Source: Octopus sinensis
Taxonomy: Eukaryota
Length of the DNA: 64,000 bases
Assembly: GCF_006345805.1 (NCBI RefSeq)
Contig: NC_043000.1
Span: 115,072,001 to 115,136,000, forward strand
Reading direction: 5' to 3'
Part shown: positions 1-12,679 of the stretch, one piece after another
Layout of the letters: each line of letters opens with the position of its first letter
Numbering within the stretch: the stretch's first letter is position 1
The notes under the pieces: model-generated
The model's database searches: none
The model's input: the letters and a program-made list of their open reading frames with translations, nothing else
Told to the model about the DNA's origin: nothing
Made by a program: the position numbers and the translations under genes

Positions 1-330
1 TTCAAAACTAACTCTGCATCTTTGATACCATGGTTAAAATTACTAATATTTTCCTATCTGGTTTTCTTTTATGTTGTATAGTGCTTTGCAGTTACTTCTT
101 GTGAGTGAATAGGGAACTGCCGAAAGATAATCATTCATATATGGCCAATATCACAGCTGAAGTTGTGATGTTTACAACATCCAAATTTACAACCTGATTA
201 TAAATTTCAGTGATCGTTAGTTGTCTTTCCATGTAAGCTGCTTGTGTTTATGTGTACGTATGTTTGCTTATATATATAGACGTGTGTGTGTGTTCTCTTG
301 AAATTTTATAAATATTGCTGTATATTAATA

Positions 331-660
331 CAGCAATGGCTCAGTGGTTAGAGCGTTGAGCTTATGATCGTGAAGTTGTGAGTTCAAATCCCAGACCGGG
401 CTGCATGTTGTGTTCTTGAGCAAGACACTTTACTCCGCGTTGCTCCAGTTCACTCAGCTGAAGAAATGAGTTGTGACGTCACAGGTGCCAAGCTGTAACG
501 GCCATTTGCCTTTCCCTTGGATAACACTGGTGGCATGGAGAGGGGAGACCGGTATGCATGGGCGACTGCTGGTCTTCCATAAACAACCTTGCCCGGACTT
601 GTGCCTGGGAGAGTAACTGTCTAGGTGCAATCCCACTGTCAATCATGACTGAAGAGGGTC
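331..660 (+). mobile_element. tRNA-derived SINE (related copy on minus strand ~62915-63242)
   Basis: A box tggctcagtgg, B box gagttcaaatcc, then gtgttcttgagcaagacactt. Confidence 0.8.
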
Positions 661-776
661 TCAATGTTAATAACATAGCATGTGTATGAATTCTTCTGCA
701 AACTTGTGTGTGTGTGATGTATCCATTCATTTGTGACAGATTGATTTCTGTATTAAACAACTTTTATCTATTTCAG

Positions 777-3700
777 TTGTTGCAGAGGAATTGAAGTCAG
801 ACATGGGACTCTTTATTGAACATACCAACAATATAACAGCTGAACAGGCCAAGAATTTCCGACCGACAACACCTGTGCATAATTTAGGAAACCCTGATGG
901 AAGTCAATCACCAAGACCTCGCTTGACCACTGGAAACGAACTTACTGAGGGAACAGCAATATATCTTGGAAAACATCGCAACTCAATTGCAAGCGCCACA
1001 GATGATGACTTCAGTACAACGGACACTGTCACCTCTAATATATCAATGGGAGAAACGCTTTCACCGAAATCTTTTGAGAATGGGAAAATGCGTAGGCCGA
1101 GTATTTCGTCAGAAGGCAGCTTTACCACAGTTGGTATGTCAGAAGATTACAACATAAATGGCATTCATGACCAGTTGCCAAATGGTGACACACATATTGA
1201 AGAACCACGCATGATACCAGAAATTGTAGAAACTGTTGAAACAGGGGTTCCATATGGCATGGAATCATTCGTTCCCGATATGAATCATGTTGTTGAAAAT
1301 GAGGTGGAAACTCATGAAGTCAATGGAATTGAAGAGGAAATAGTCATGTCAGTTTCTCAGGATAACGCAAGCCGGCCAATGTTGGAAAGTAGTCCCTCGT
1401 TAGAATTAAGTAGGTCTTCAAGTGCTGCTGAATTAGCACAGTACATGAACAGTCCTAAAGAGGAACTGGTGTTGACAAAAGAGGACCGGAAATCTTTGGA
1501 TTATCGTGGCTCCCCAATGATTGAGAATCAGAGGAAACAGGAAGTGAAAGAAGAAAGCAAAAAGTTGTCTCCATCAAATGAGAAGAGGTCTCCAAAGATA
1601 AGGCTGGACGGGTACACTCTGTCAATTGACTCCGAGTCAGATACTATTGATTCCGAATCTACTCAAGACGACAGTATTCCATTAGCTGCTCAAACGAATC
1701 TGAAGAAGCAGATTGAACGCTGGCAGAAACAACTGCAGGAACACCTGAATGATAATAGCGGGTTGTACACAGCACAAGAACAAGAGAAACTGAGAGAGAA
1801 GGTTGACCAGTGGAACAAACAATTGAAAGAACTCAACGTGACAGATTCTTCCGGGTTTAGACTGCTTGAACAGAAAGTTATGAAGCAACAGATAGAACTT
1901 TGGCAAAGGAAGTTGTCTGCAAAAGAACGCCAAAGCGATGGTGCAAAGAAATACAAAGAACAAGAAATCGAATTTTTGAAGAAACAGGTTCAAGTTTGGA
2001 AACAAAAAATTAAAGTCATTGAGAAAACTTCCAGCCTGTACACCATAGAAGAGAGAGAGGTTCTTCAAGAACAGATTGACCTGTGGCAGAACCAGCTTGA
2101 TAAAAAAGGTTGTGACACAGATAGTAGCACCAAAGAACAGAATCTTCTTCGGCACCAGATTGAGGTGTGGAAGAAAAATTTGAAGGATAAGAAATTTGCT
2201 GGACATTCTTTCAGTGCCCAAGAACAAGACATCTTGAGAAGACAACTGATTGTTTGGCAGAAGCAGCTTCATTGGTACAAGGATGGAGATTCTTCTAGTC
2301 AGAGAGAGATCTTGAAAGAACAAGTGAATGTTTGGCACTCGCAACTGCAGGATGTCCAAAGCCACCAAGATAAAGATAGCAAAGTGGAGCAGGATATCTT
2401 AGAACAACAAATTGAATTGTGGCAGAATAAGATGAATGAAAAGAATTCTGGTAGTGAAGCCCTTGTGATGAAACAAATTGACATATGGAAGAAACAAACA
2501 CGAGACAATCAGAACCCTGATAATGGTTTCCTGGTGATAGAACAGCAACTTCTTGAAAGAGAAATTCAGCTCTGGAATAAAAAGCTGAATGGCAATGATA
2601 TTGAATCTGAGACTTTCTTGGCTGAAGAAATGGATGTTCTTTGTGATAAAATTGACCTCTATCAGAAGAAGTTACAGAAAAACAATGAAACTAATTCCAC
2701 AATGGAACCTATTGAACAGGACCTTTTAAAGTTGCAGGTTGATCTTTGGCAGCAGAAGCTAGCAGCCATGCAAGAGAGGAAAGAATCTTTACAGAAATAT
2801 AATGAAGAGCAACAGAATATTCTAAAGTTTCAGATAGAATTGTGGCAAGATAAACTTGCTCACCAAAATATTGATATTAACTTCAGAGGCACAGAGCTGA
2901 AAGGATCAGAGTTGTTAGCTAAAGAGATTGATATTTGGCAGCGGTGGCTTGATGTGAAGAGAGAAAAGAAAGAGACGAGGATAAAATTCAAATTACTTAA
3001 TGAAGAACTCCAGAAAGATCAAATCCGTCTGTGGCAAGACCATCTTGACATTATCAAGAATAACACATTAGGGTACACTGAGGAAGAACGGGAGATTTTG
3101 ATGCAGCAAATTGAACTTTGGCAGAGGGGTCTTGTAGAGAACAAAGACAAGAAGATAATTCACCTGGCTGCAGAACAGGACATTTTGAAGAAGTATATTG
3201 ATTTGTGGTACACGAAAATGAAACGAAACTCTGACACGTCTATTGGAGAGGAGGAGTCTGATGTGAGAGAACAGATTTCTATTTGGAAAAAACAACTAAA
3301 ACTGTTTAATGTAGAAGAGACTCTTTTACCACATTCTGTTCAGCAGGATATAATTAACCAACAGATTATGGTATGGCAAAAGAAACGAGAAAAGTGCCAG
3401 ACCGAAAAAGACACTGATGAGCTGGGGAAAATTGAGAGTGAAATTCTTCAGCAACAGATAGAACTTTGGCAAAATGACTTGTTAGATTATGAGAAGAGTC
3501 AAAATCAAAATGAAAATGTTCCTCAGAAACAGATAAAATTGTTACAGAGAAAACTCTCTAAAACCGACAAAGACGTCAACCCTGAAATAACTGCTCAGGA
3601 AAACGCAATCGTCAACCGTCAAATTGACTTTTATACCAAAATGAGCAGCCTCGATGAGGGTTACAACGCTGAGTATATCACTGATGAACAAGAGATTCTG

Positions 3701-4660
3701 GAAAAACAGATTAATCTTGCACGTCTCAAGTTATCTCAAACTGATGGTAGTTCCTATTATTCAGAAACAGAGTATGACCTTTTGCAGAAACAGGTCAATC
3801 TGTGGCACCGCCAACTGATTGCAATCCAGCATCGTTTGGATATTCGAAAGAAATTAGTTGTACAGGAACAGAACTTGCTGAAAGAACAAATATCTTTGTG
3901 GGAAGCCAAGTTGAAAACTCACCTCGGTCCTAGTTCTCACACTGAAGAACAGAAAGCTATGCAAGAGCAGTTGGAAATATGGCAGCAACAACTTGAAGAC
4001 CACAAGACTTCTATATTAAACAAAGGTTCCAATGTTAAAGAAGACCCTCTTGCAGACAAAATGGCTCAGATGCTAAAAAGCCAAGAGGAGATAATTCAAA
4101 GTTTCCAAGAGGGCTTGAAGCACCTTCCAGAGAACTTGAAAAATCAAGTGAGATCATCGCCATCATCTCCTCAGACAAAGGTACGTTCATCCAAAGGTAT
4201 ATTGCCCCCTCCTCCAGAACTTCCACAAAGACCAATTTCACCCAAAGAGATTAAGCCCCAAATAAAGCCAATTACAAACTTTCCTCCTCCACCAGAGACA
4301 TTCAGTGACAAATCACAGAAGCAGAAAGAAAACTCAAAAACCAAAAGTTCAAGCAATTCAGTACCACCAGTTCCTCCCAAACCAGCGACCCCTCCACCAA
4401 AACTTCCATTTACAGTGAATCTGAAAAAAGTTGGACCACCAAAAGAGAATTCTCCTCCAGTAAAAACAGAGGTGAATTTCTTTCGAAAACAAAATGACAC
4501 AGAAGATAGTGGTGTTGTCCGAGCTGTTCCTGCTATGGTTGTATTGAAGCCACCATCAGTAGCGCCAAAACCAAAACGGAAGTTACCAGAACCAGAACTC
4601 ACACCTCGTGAGCAATTATTAATGGAAATCAAAAATTCAAGCCGAGGTAATTTGAAAGGG
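777..4660 (+). CDS. Giant internal coding exon of an uncharacterised W-repeat / Pro-rich / C-terminal WH2-like protein (N-terminus lies upstream of the window)
   Basis: 1292-codon open frame (ORF 791-4669). Acceptor tttcag ends at 776 (phase 1); donor GGG|gtaagt starts at 4661 (phase 0). Encodes an acidic/Ser-rich region, ~27 EQxxLxxQIxLWQxxL repeats, poly-Pro tracts and TPREQLLMEIKNSSRGNLKG. Confidence 0.9.
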
Positions 4661-5109
4661 GTAAGTTGACAGCCTTGTTACTTTATAGTGTCACTCATAT
4701 AGCAAACCTAGTTTAATACATGTCAACCATGTCATTTTGAAGCCTCACTCAGTCCCATTGTCTCGTAACTTCACTCAATTCCATCTAATAGCCTCACTCA
4801 ACCCCATCATCTTATAACCTCACTCACCCTTGATTCAGTTTCACTCGGTTCATGTCATTTCATGGTCCCACTCCGACTCCCACCATATGATCTCACTCAT
4901 CATTTGTCATCTCGTGACCTCACTTCTTGATATTCCAGATAAATTTTCTTGTTCAAAGAAATGTTTTTACAACGCGGTGTGTTGGCAGAAACGTTAACAC
5001 ACCAGGCAAAAAGCTTAACACTATTTCATCTGTCTTTTCATTCTGAGTTCAAATTCCACCGAGGTAAAACAAGTAAAAGTAAAGATGTTTTTTTTTTCTG
5101 TAAGACTTA

Positions 5110-5539
5110 GATTTAAGAGATGAGGAATTATGTACATTGTTTACATTTGACAGATATTTGTCCTTATCTTGTTTGTTGTTAATACAGCGTTTCGGCTAAT
5201 ATACCCTCCAGCCTTCTTCAGGTGTCTTGGGAAAATTTCGAATCTGGGTTCTCATTCCTAAGGTATTTTTCGATGTTGTTATTATTATTATTCAGGTCTC
5301 TGCCTGGAATCGAACTCAGAATCTTGGGGTTAGTAGCCCACGCACTTAACCACTACACCATATGCCCTGAATAGTAATAATAATAATAACAACATCAAAA
5401 AATACCTCAGGAATGAGAACCCAGGTTCAAAATTTCCCCAAGACTGGAGGAAGGATGAAGGCTGGAGGGTATATCAGCCGAAACGTTGTGTTAACAACAA
5501 ACAAGATGAGAACAAATATCCGTCAAATGTAAATAATGT
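5110..5539. mobile_element. tRNA-headed element with inverted hammerhead-motif arms (copy A; tRNA head on minus strand)
   Basis: Arms ~5133-5293 and ~5368-5539 are reverse complements. The centre has A/B-box-like TGGTGTAGTGG and GAGTTCGATTCC on the minus strand. Confidence 0.8.
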
Positions 5540-6905
5540 TTATAATATTTTGTTGTTAAAATTTATCTGCAATAGATTGGTCATACTTCTACAAATATAC
5601 CATTCCTAATATCTTAATTATAAAAATATACTAGGATTTTTTTAAAGATCAGATGGCTTGGAGAGTCCATCTGTGTAAAATAGGAACCAAAGATTTTAAA
5701 ATGGTGGAGAAATCCTGGTATATCTGTTTGTATGTCGAGTTGTTATTATCAGACATCATTATTGTTGATGGCATCATTATCAGCCATTATTATTTCATGT
5801 TCATGGTTAATCCCTAAGCCATTAATATTGATATTTCTCTCTCTCCTCTTCAAGAACACTGTATATAAAGATGGCAGTTAATCTAAGGTTTGTAATCTTT
5901 CTGTCTCTTGAGCTACTCCAAGTCTCTCCTGCTCTCGTACAGTTGGTCTATAGTTCCTTTTCTTCCTCCTTAGATACTCAAGCTTTTGAAAGAAAGCAAA
6001 GTTTGTTAACCTGGAATAAGTTTGTATGTCACAGGAAGAAGTGGAATTTGACATTTCAGGACATTACCTCTCTCTCTCTCTCTCTTTCTCTCTGTCTGTC
6101 TCTCTCTCTTTCTCTCCCCCCACCAAGTGAAGGAATGACACCAAAATGTCAGATTCTACTTCTCTGTGACTTACAAACGTCACTTTTATTTCTTTTGCTG
6201 ACACCAGACACCATGACTAGTTCTGCTTTAGAGTTTTTATCATTTAAAAATAAAGATGTGTAGACACTTGTAGAACCATGCCCTCCCCAGCATATGCACA
6301 TACACACATACACACACACACTCACACACATATATAGATATACATTTATTTACAAACCAAGCCAAACCAGACTGGAACCTGGTGCAGCTTTCCAGCTTGC
6401 CAGCTCCAATCAAACCATCAAACCTATGCCAGCATGGAAAAACAGACGTTAAAGGACAATGCTGACACACACACATATTTACCCACAAGAGAGACAGAGA
6501 TAGGCAGAAACAAGGAAAATTCCCCTTGTATTTGAACACTATGCAAATATTCTTTTCAAAAAACTTTCCTTTTAATTTCTCCAAGATTTAATTGTTTCCC
6601 ATAGTTGAAAAAGTCTCAATGACTGAAAACGGTACTGAAATGTTTTTTATAAAAGCAGCGAGCTGGCAGAAACATTAGCACACTGGACGAAATGCTTAGT
6701 GGTATTTCATCTGCCGCTACGCTCTGTGTTCAAATTCTGCCGAGGTCGACTTTGCCTTTCATTCTTTCGGGGTCGATTAAATAAGTACCAGTTATGCACT
6801 GTCTGTCCTTGTTTGTCTCCTCTATGTAAGCCCCTTGTTAGCAATAAAGAAATAAATGTTTTTCATAAAATTATTTTAGCATTTTCTACCTTGACTTTTT
6901 TTTCC

Positions 6906-6946
<41 letters not shown>

Positions 6947-7108
6947 TCTTAAGTTTGTTTTTTTAATGCCAACCTGTACCTTTATACAGAGCACTAGCAC
7001 TATCACCACAACTCTAACACCACTACAGCATCTACTGACTCATTTACCTAACACTGTTACAGCAACCATCACCACAACAATCACCACCATCACCACAATC
7101 CTTGTCTC

Positions 7109-9903
7109 TGCCCCCCCCCCACCACCACCATTACCACCAATCCCACAATCATCAATATATATTCCTAGTTCATCTCCAGTAACTTGAGTACTGGAATCCT
7201 GAAGGTGCATTATTGATCTGAGACTTATAGTTAATCAAATACAAGGTATGTAAAAACATGTTTGCGTCTCAATAATCAATAAAAACTCTCCTCTAATAAA
7301 GTGGTTTATCTAATTATATTTACAATCACAATGGTTTCTATTTTATTTTATTATTTTATTTTTTTCAATTGTAGCAAGATTTGTTTTGGTTATTATTGCT
7401 TTCTATTCAACATGGCAGCCACATTCCACTTCGGTGTACAGCTCAGGACTGTTTCCCTAGTTACTCAACCTCTACCTTAATAACAGAATCTCCATCAATA
7501 ACACTACATAGTATTGTAATTAGGAAATCCACACAAAACAGTGAAAACTACTAGAAATTATTTGCTCTTGAAATGCTGGTTCCGGTTGAACCATCTAACC
7601 CATGCCGGCATAGAGAATGGATGTGAAATAATGATAATGATCTGATACATAAACCAACAAAGCGTTTTCAAATTTAACCCTTTAGCATTCTGATTAATTT
7701 ATCAAATGTAATGCTTATTTATCCACATTTTTAAAAAATTAGTCATGCATTATCTTGTAGCTTCAAGATTTCGAAGATGTGATTGTTTTTCGAATGATAT
7801 TGTAGGGTAGATATTGCCAGTTTCGACATAGAATAAGAAGAATATTTGGGCCAGATATGGCCAGTTTTAATGCCAGAGGGTTAAGGATCTCGCACAATAA
7901 TGAAAGAATCTCTGATTGAATCTCTACCTGCTCAATGTGACAACATCCTAAGTACACGCCTAATGATTGTAATATTTTAGCCTCATCTTTAAGGGATTAA
8001 TCGCAGGACAATGCCACTTGTGAGTCCATAAAATGTTTGTTAATTAGAGAAATTCAAATTAAGCTGGCATGCTCTATCATCCACAGTACCCTAGCTTCAT
8101 CTGAAAAGAAAAAAATAATGCTAAGACATCATGGACAGAATGGTATCTGTTCAGACATTTGTCTCTTCCTCTGGGTTTGAGGAATAACCATTTCAAAAAT
8201 GCCTGTCCTCTCTGCCCCACCCTGAATAAAGAAAAATTAATTCAGTGGATAATATCAGTTCAACTTTTTTTTTCTGTAAAACAAAAAGTTACCAATTTGA
8301 AAAATAACTGAAACAACAATATATAAAAAAAATAAACTGATTCAAAGAAAAGAAAAAATTAATTTTAGGAGGAATTTCAACTGTGTTTCGTGGTCTGCTA
8401 CCACAACAGCTCCTTTATAGGCTCCAGTTAGCTCAAGACATCATCAGGAGGAACCACATCCGGTTTCGGCCCCTACTTTTCTACCGTTTTGATGTGGTGC
8501 CCCCCCCCCACCACCACCATTACCACCAATCCCACAATCATCAATATATATTCCTAGTTCATCTCCAGTAACTTGAGTACTGGAATCCTGAAGGTGCATT
8601 ATTGATCTGAGACTTATAGTTAATCAAATACAAGGTATGTAAAAACATGTTTGCGTCTCAATAATCAATAAAAACTCTCCTCTAATAAAGTGGTTTATCT
8701 AATTATATTACAATCACAATGGTTTCTATTTTATTTTATTATTTTATTTTTTTCAATTGTAGCAAGATTTGTTTTGGTTATTATTGCTTTCTATTCAACA
8801 TGGCAGCCACATTCCACTTCGGTGTACAGCTCAGGACTGTTTCCCTAGTTACTCAACCTCTACCTTAATAACAGAATCTCCATCAATAACACTACATAGT
8901 ATTGTAATTAGGAAATCCACACAAAACAGTGAAAACTACTAGAAATTATTTGCTCTTGAAATGCTGGTTCCGGTTGAACCATCTAACCCATGCCGGCATA
9001 GAGAATGGATGTGAAATAATGATAATGATCTGATACATAAACCAACAAAGCGTTTTCAAATTTAACCCTTTAGCATTCTGATTAATTTATCAAATGTAAT
9101 GCTTATTTATCCACATTTTTAAAAAATTAGTCATGCATTATCTTGTAGCTTCAAGATTTCGAAGATGTGATTGTTTTTCGAATGATATTGTAGGGTAGAT
9201 ATTGCCAGTTTCGACATAGAATAAGAAGAATATTTGGGCCAGATATGGCCAGTTTTAATGCCAGAGGGTTAAGGATCTCGCACAATAATGAAAGAATCTC
9301 TGATTGAATCTCTACCTGCTCAATGTGACAACATCCTAAGTACACGCCTAATGATTGTAATATTTTAGCCTCATCTTTAAGGGATTAATCGCAGGACAAT
9401 GCCACTTGTGAGTCCATAAAATGTTTGTTAATTAGAGAAATTCAAATTAAGCTGGCATGCTCTATCATCCACAGTACCCTAGCTTCATCTGAAAAGAAAA
9501 AAATAATGCTAAGACATCATGGACAGAATGGTATCTGTTCAGACATTTGTCTCTTCCTCTGGGTTTGAGGAATAACCATTTCAAAAATGCCTGTCCTCTC
9601 TGCCCCACCCTGAATAAAGAAAAAATTAATTCAGTGGATAATATCAGTTCAACTTTTTTTTTCTGTAAAACAAAAAGTTACCAATTTGAAAAATAACTGA
9701 AACAACAATATATAAAAAAAATAAACTGATTCAAAGAAAAGAAAAAATTAATTTTAGGAGGAATTTCAACTGTGTTTCGTGGTCTGCTACCACAACAGCT
9801 CCTTTATAGGCTCCAGTTAGCTCAAGACATCATCAGGAGGAACCACATCCGGTTTCGGCCCCTACTTTTCTACCGTTTTGATGTGGTGCCCCCCCCCCAC
9901 CAC
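7109..9903. repeat. Tandem duplication, two ~1389-bp near-identical copies
   Basis: Identical ORFs at 7763/9151 and shared ORF starts at 8383/9772. Junctions at TG(C)nACCAC. Confidence 0.97.
7674..7884. mobile_element. Second TTAA MITE family (duplicated at ~9062-9272)
   Basis: ttaaccctttagcatt...aatgccagagggttaa. Confidence 0.7.
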
Positions 9904-10905
9904 TCGCTTTTGGAGGTGTCTTCAGCTCTGGTGTTGGGTGCATGTCTTCTTTCTTCTTCTTTCTTCTGTTCCCTGGCCTCTTCGATGTAGCGTCAACGAG
10001 TGTCAGCGGGCGACTGACTGTCTTGTCAGATTTCTCTTTAAATACCTGCTGCTAGGCTCCAGCAGGCATCCCAGCAAGTTGTCACGTGACACTGTCTTAA
10101 CTTTAACTGACCAATGAAGGTGCGTAGTCTTAGCCCACGCATTCTCTAAACAAGACCGTCACCTGTCATTGAGCGAAGCTAATTCAGTGTTAGCTTGTCT
10201 TACCTAGTGATGTTATTTTCCTGCCGGTATGTTATGACTTTCAAGCCATTTTTGGTCTTCCCGCTTCAGCCACATATAGAAGTATAAAAGATTAAATTAC
10301 TGAAAAATTCTTTCAGTTTAGAAAAAAACTGAAGTGAAATCAGAAATCAACCACTGAAATAGCAACCCTAGAATTGCTTCAATAAAGAAAAAGAAAAAAG
10401 GACAATTAAGAGGCATGGTGAGTTCAGCCATGTAGCCCTGAGTTTGATCTCATTGCATGGCACTGTGGACAAGTCTTGAGATCTGTCAGTCCTACAGGCT
10501 CAGTAGACCAGAGATTATTTTGGTTTGTATGGCATATAAGCAACTGAGAAAGTATAACACCTCACTCTTGAACAGGACTGAGGTGTTAAACATATATTTG
10601 TGTGTGTGTGTTTATACCAGTCTAAAAACTGGGTTGTTTTTTGTAATCTCCCATAATTATAACTTAGTAGTTCAAGAAATAGTGATTGATATAATTAGTA
10701 CCAGCCTGAACTAAGTCCTAGTGTTGATATTTAAAACCCTTGAAAGGAGCATCCCTGGAATGTTGTAGTTGAATGACCGAAAACAGCAAAAGAAGACAAT
10801 TTTGTTGGTAAAAACTTCCTTTTAAATTAATTCTTCTTTGAAATTTTTTCTGAAAGGTTTTTCTTTTATTTCTTCTTCACTTTCTTTTTTTCTGTTTCTT
10901 TTCAG

Positions 10906-10950
10906 GTGAAGTTAAAAGACACCAACTGGTCTAAAGATAGCCAGTCTTGA
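10906..10950 (+). CDS. Terminal coding exon of the WH2-like protein (VKLKDTNWSKDSQS*)
   Basis: Long polypyrimidine tract 10855-10902 followed by cag at 10903-10905. Phase 0 matches the donor at 4661 and completes LKG|VKL of the WH2-like motif. TGA at 10948-10950. Confidence 0.75.
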   Translation: MKLKDTNWSKDSQS

Positions 10951-12097
10951 ATATCCAGAGTATTAGATAGATGAAACAGCATGTAGAAATCACCAGAGGG
11001 CGCTGTTATCAGACAATTCTTTCACACATAAACTTCTGATTCTTCCTATATACTCCTATGACAATTCTCTTTCAGATATGGAAACTTGGAACCTGACCAA
11101 AGTTCCTCTGACACCATCAGCTTTGACTCAACTATGTAAATACACCTGGAATATCTATCTATCTACCTACCTACCTATTTTCCTAGCTATTTGTCTACCT
11201 GCCTAGCTAGCCAACTACCTACCTTACCAATTTATTTCCTCCCTGTCCTTGGCCACTTCTAAATAATTGACCTTGTGTTCTTTTAGAAGTGATCGGTGAA
11301 CTAATCTTGAGAAATAACAACAATTAATGGCTCTGTAAGCATTTTTAATTGTTGTTAAAACATTGAATGAAAATAGACAAAAAGAAATTTAAAATACTAA
11401 AAAAAGATATTTTAAAAATAAAAGGTCAGAATTACCAAATTTTCTCTAATCAGTTCCAATTATGGGAAGTTTCTAAGATCTGTCCTTATGACTGGGTCAT
11501 TACAGAAATTGACCTATGAGAGAAGAATGGCACAGACAGACAGAGTGGACAAACAGCAATATATTTATAAAATAAGACTGAGGTCAGGGTCTAAATACTG
11601 AAGATTTTTGTTTAATTATTTTTGTGGGAACATACGCAGAATATTCAAGAGAAAAACAGTTCTATTGTAGAGACTTCCATGAAAATCTAATCCTTCTACT
11701 TGTGTCGACAAACGTATTAGGGCAAAGGAGTAGCAGACACTGTAAAAGGATAGATTAAGAACTTGGATTTAATTATGGATGTTGTGAGTTCAAACCCTAT
11801 CAGGGTCAGCGTTACCGAGTGATCCTTTAAAGGGTCAATAAAATAAAACATCAGTCAATTACTGAGGTCAGCACAATTGATTTACATTCCCCCCACCCTT
11901 GTTTCCCCTTGCCAAAAGAAAAAAAAATTTGTTGTTTTGCAAAATTAGAAATTGTAATTTTCTTTTTTTTTTAAATTAAAATATGGACTGTAAGACTGAA
12001 CTGAGATAAAATAAATTTAATAATACAATATAAACAAAAAATAGAAGTACAAAATGCTACAGTGTATGAGGTAATTTTAAAATAATTCAACTAATAC

Positions 12098-12142
<45 letters not shown>

Positions 12143-12144
<2 letters not shown>

Positions 12145-12363
12145 CGAGGGGGTGGAGCTGAAAAGTTTCTGGCTTTGGGTAAAAGAAAAAATCAGGAGGA
12201 TCAATTATGATTTTATTCAACATATTCTCTTCTCAGATTCACACACTTATTGCAGTAGTCCTTCAGTTTTTCTAAACCCTTTAAAAAAACTTGGAAGGTT
12301 GGGCCTCTGACCAGGTCCTTTGTGATACCCTTAAAGCCAGGAAATTTTCAACACCCCTTCATA
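12143..12363. mobile_element. Mariner-type MITE
   Basis: tacgagggggtg..ctgaaaagtttctggcttt / aaagccaggaaattttcaacaccccttcata; inserted at TA after (GT)n. Confidence 0.7.
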
Positions 12364-12632
12364 TATAAAAATGTATACACACACACACATATTTCATATG
12401 CATCAGAAATACACGTTATTATAATAGTCAAATTCTGACCACCTTATACAATTTTCTAAAGCATTTGGCTGTCATAATTATTACTATTAAATGCATCGTT
12501 AATGATTTATTTCCTCTAATATCTCTCTGGAATCTTTCCAGCTGTCCAGAATGCTGTGTACTCAGTCAATTTAATATACATACATACCATAACTAACACG
12601 TATGCATACACAGATATATGCATATATATATA

Positions 12633-12679
<47 letters not shown>

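Noticed and set aside
904-4632. Antisense ORFs over the giant exon (e.g. 228 aa at 1682-2368, 153 aa at 4171-4632)
   Set aside because: Shadows of the codon bias of the plus-strand exon; no recognisable motifs.
6699-7187. 162-aa Thr/Pro-rich ORF
   Set aside because: Runs through a SINE, a (TA)(CA) tract and (CAC)n low-complexity sequence.
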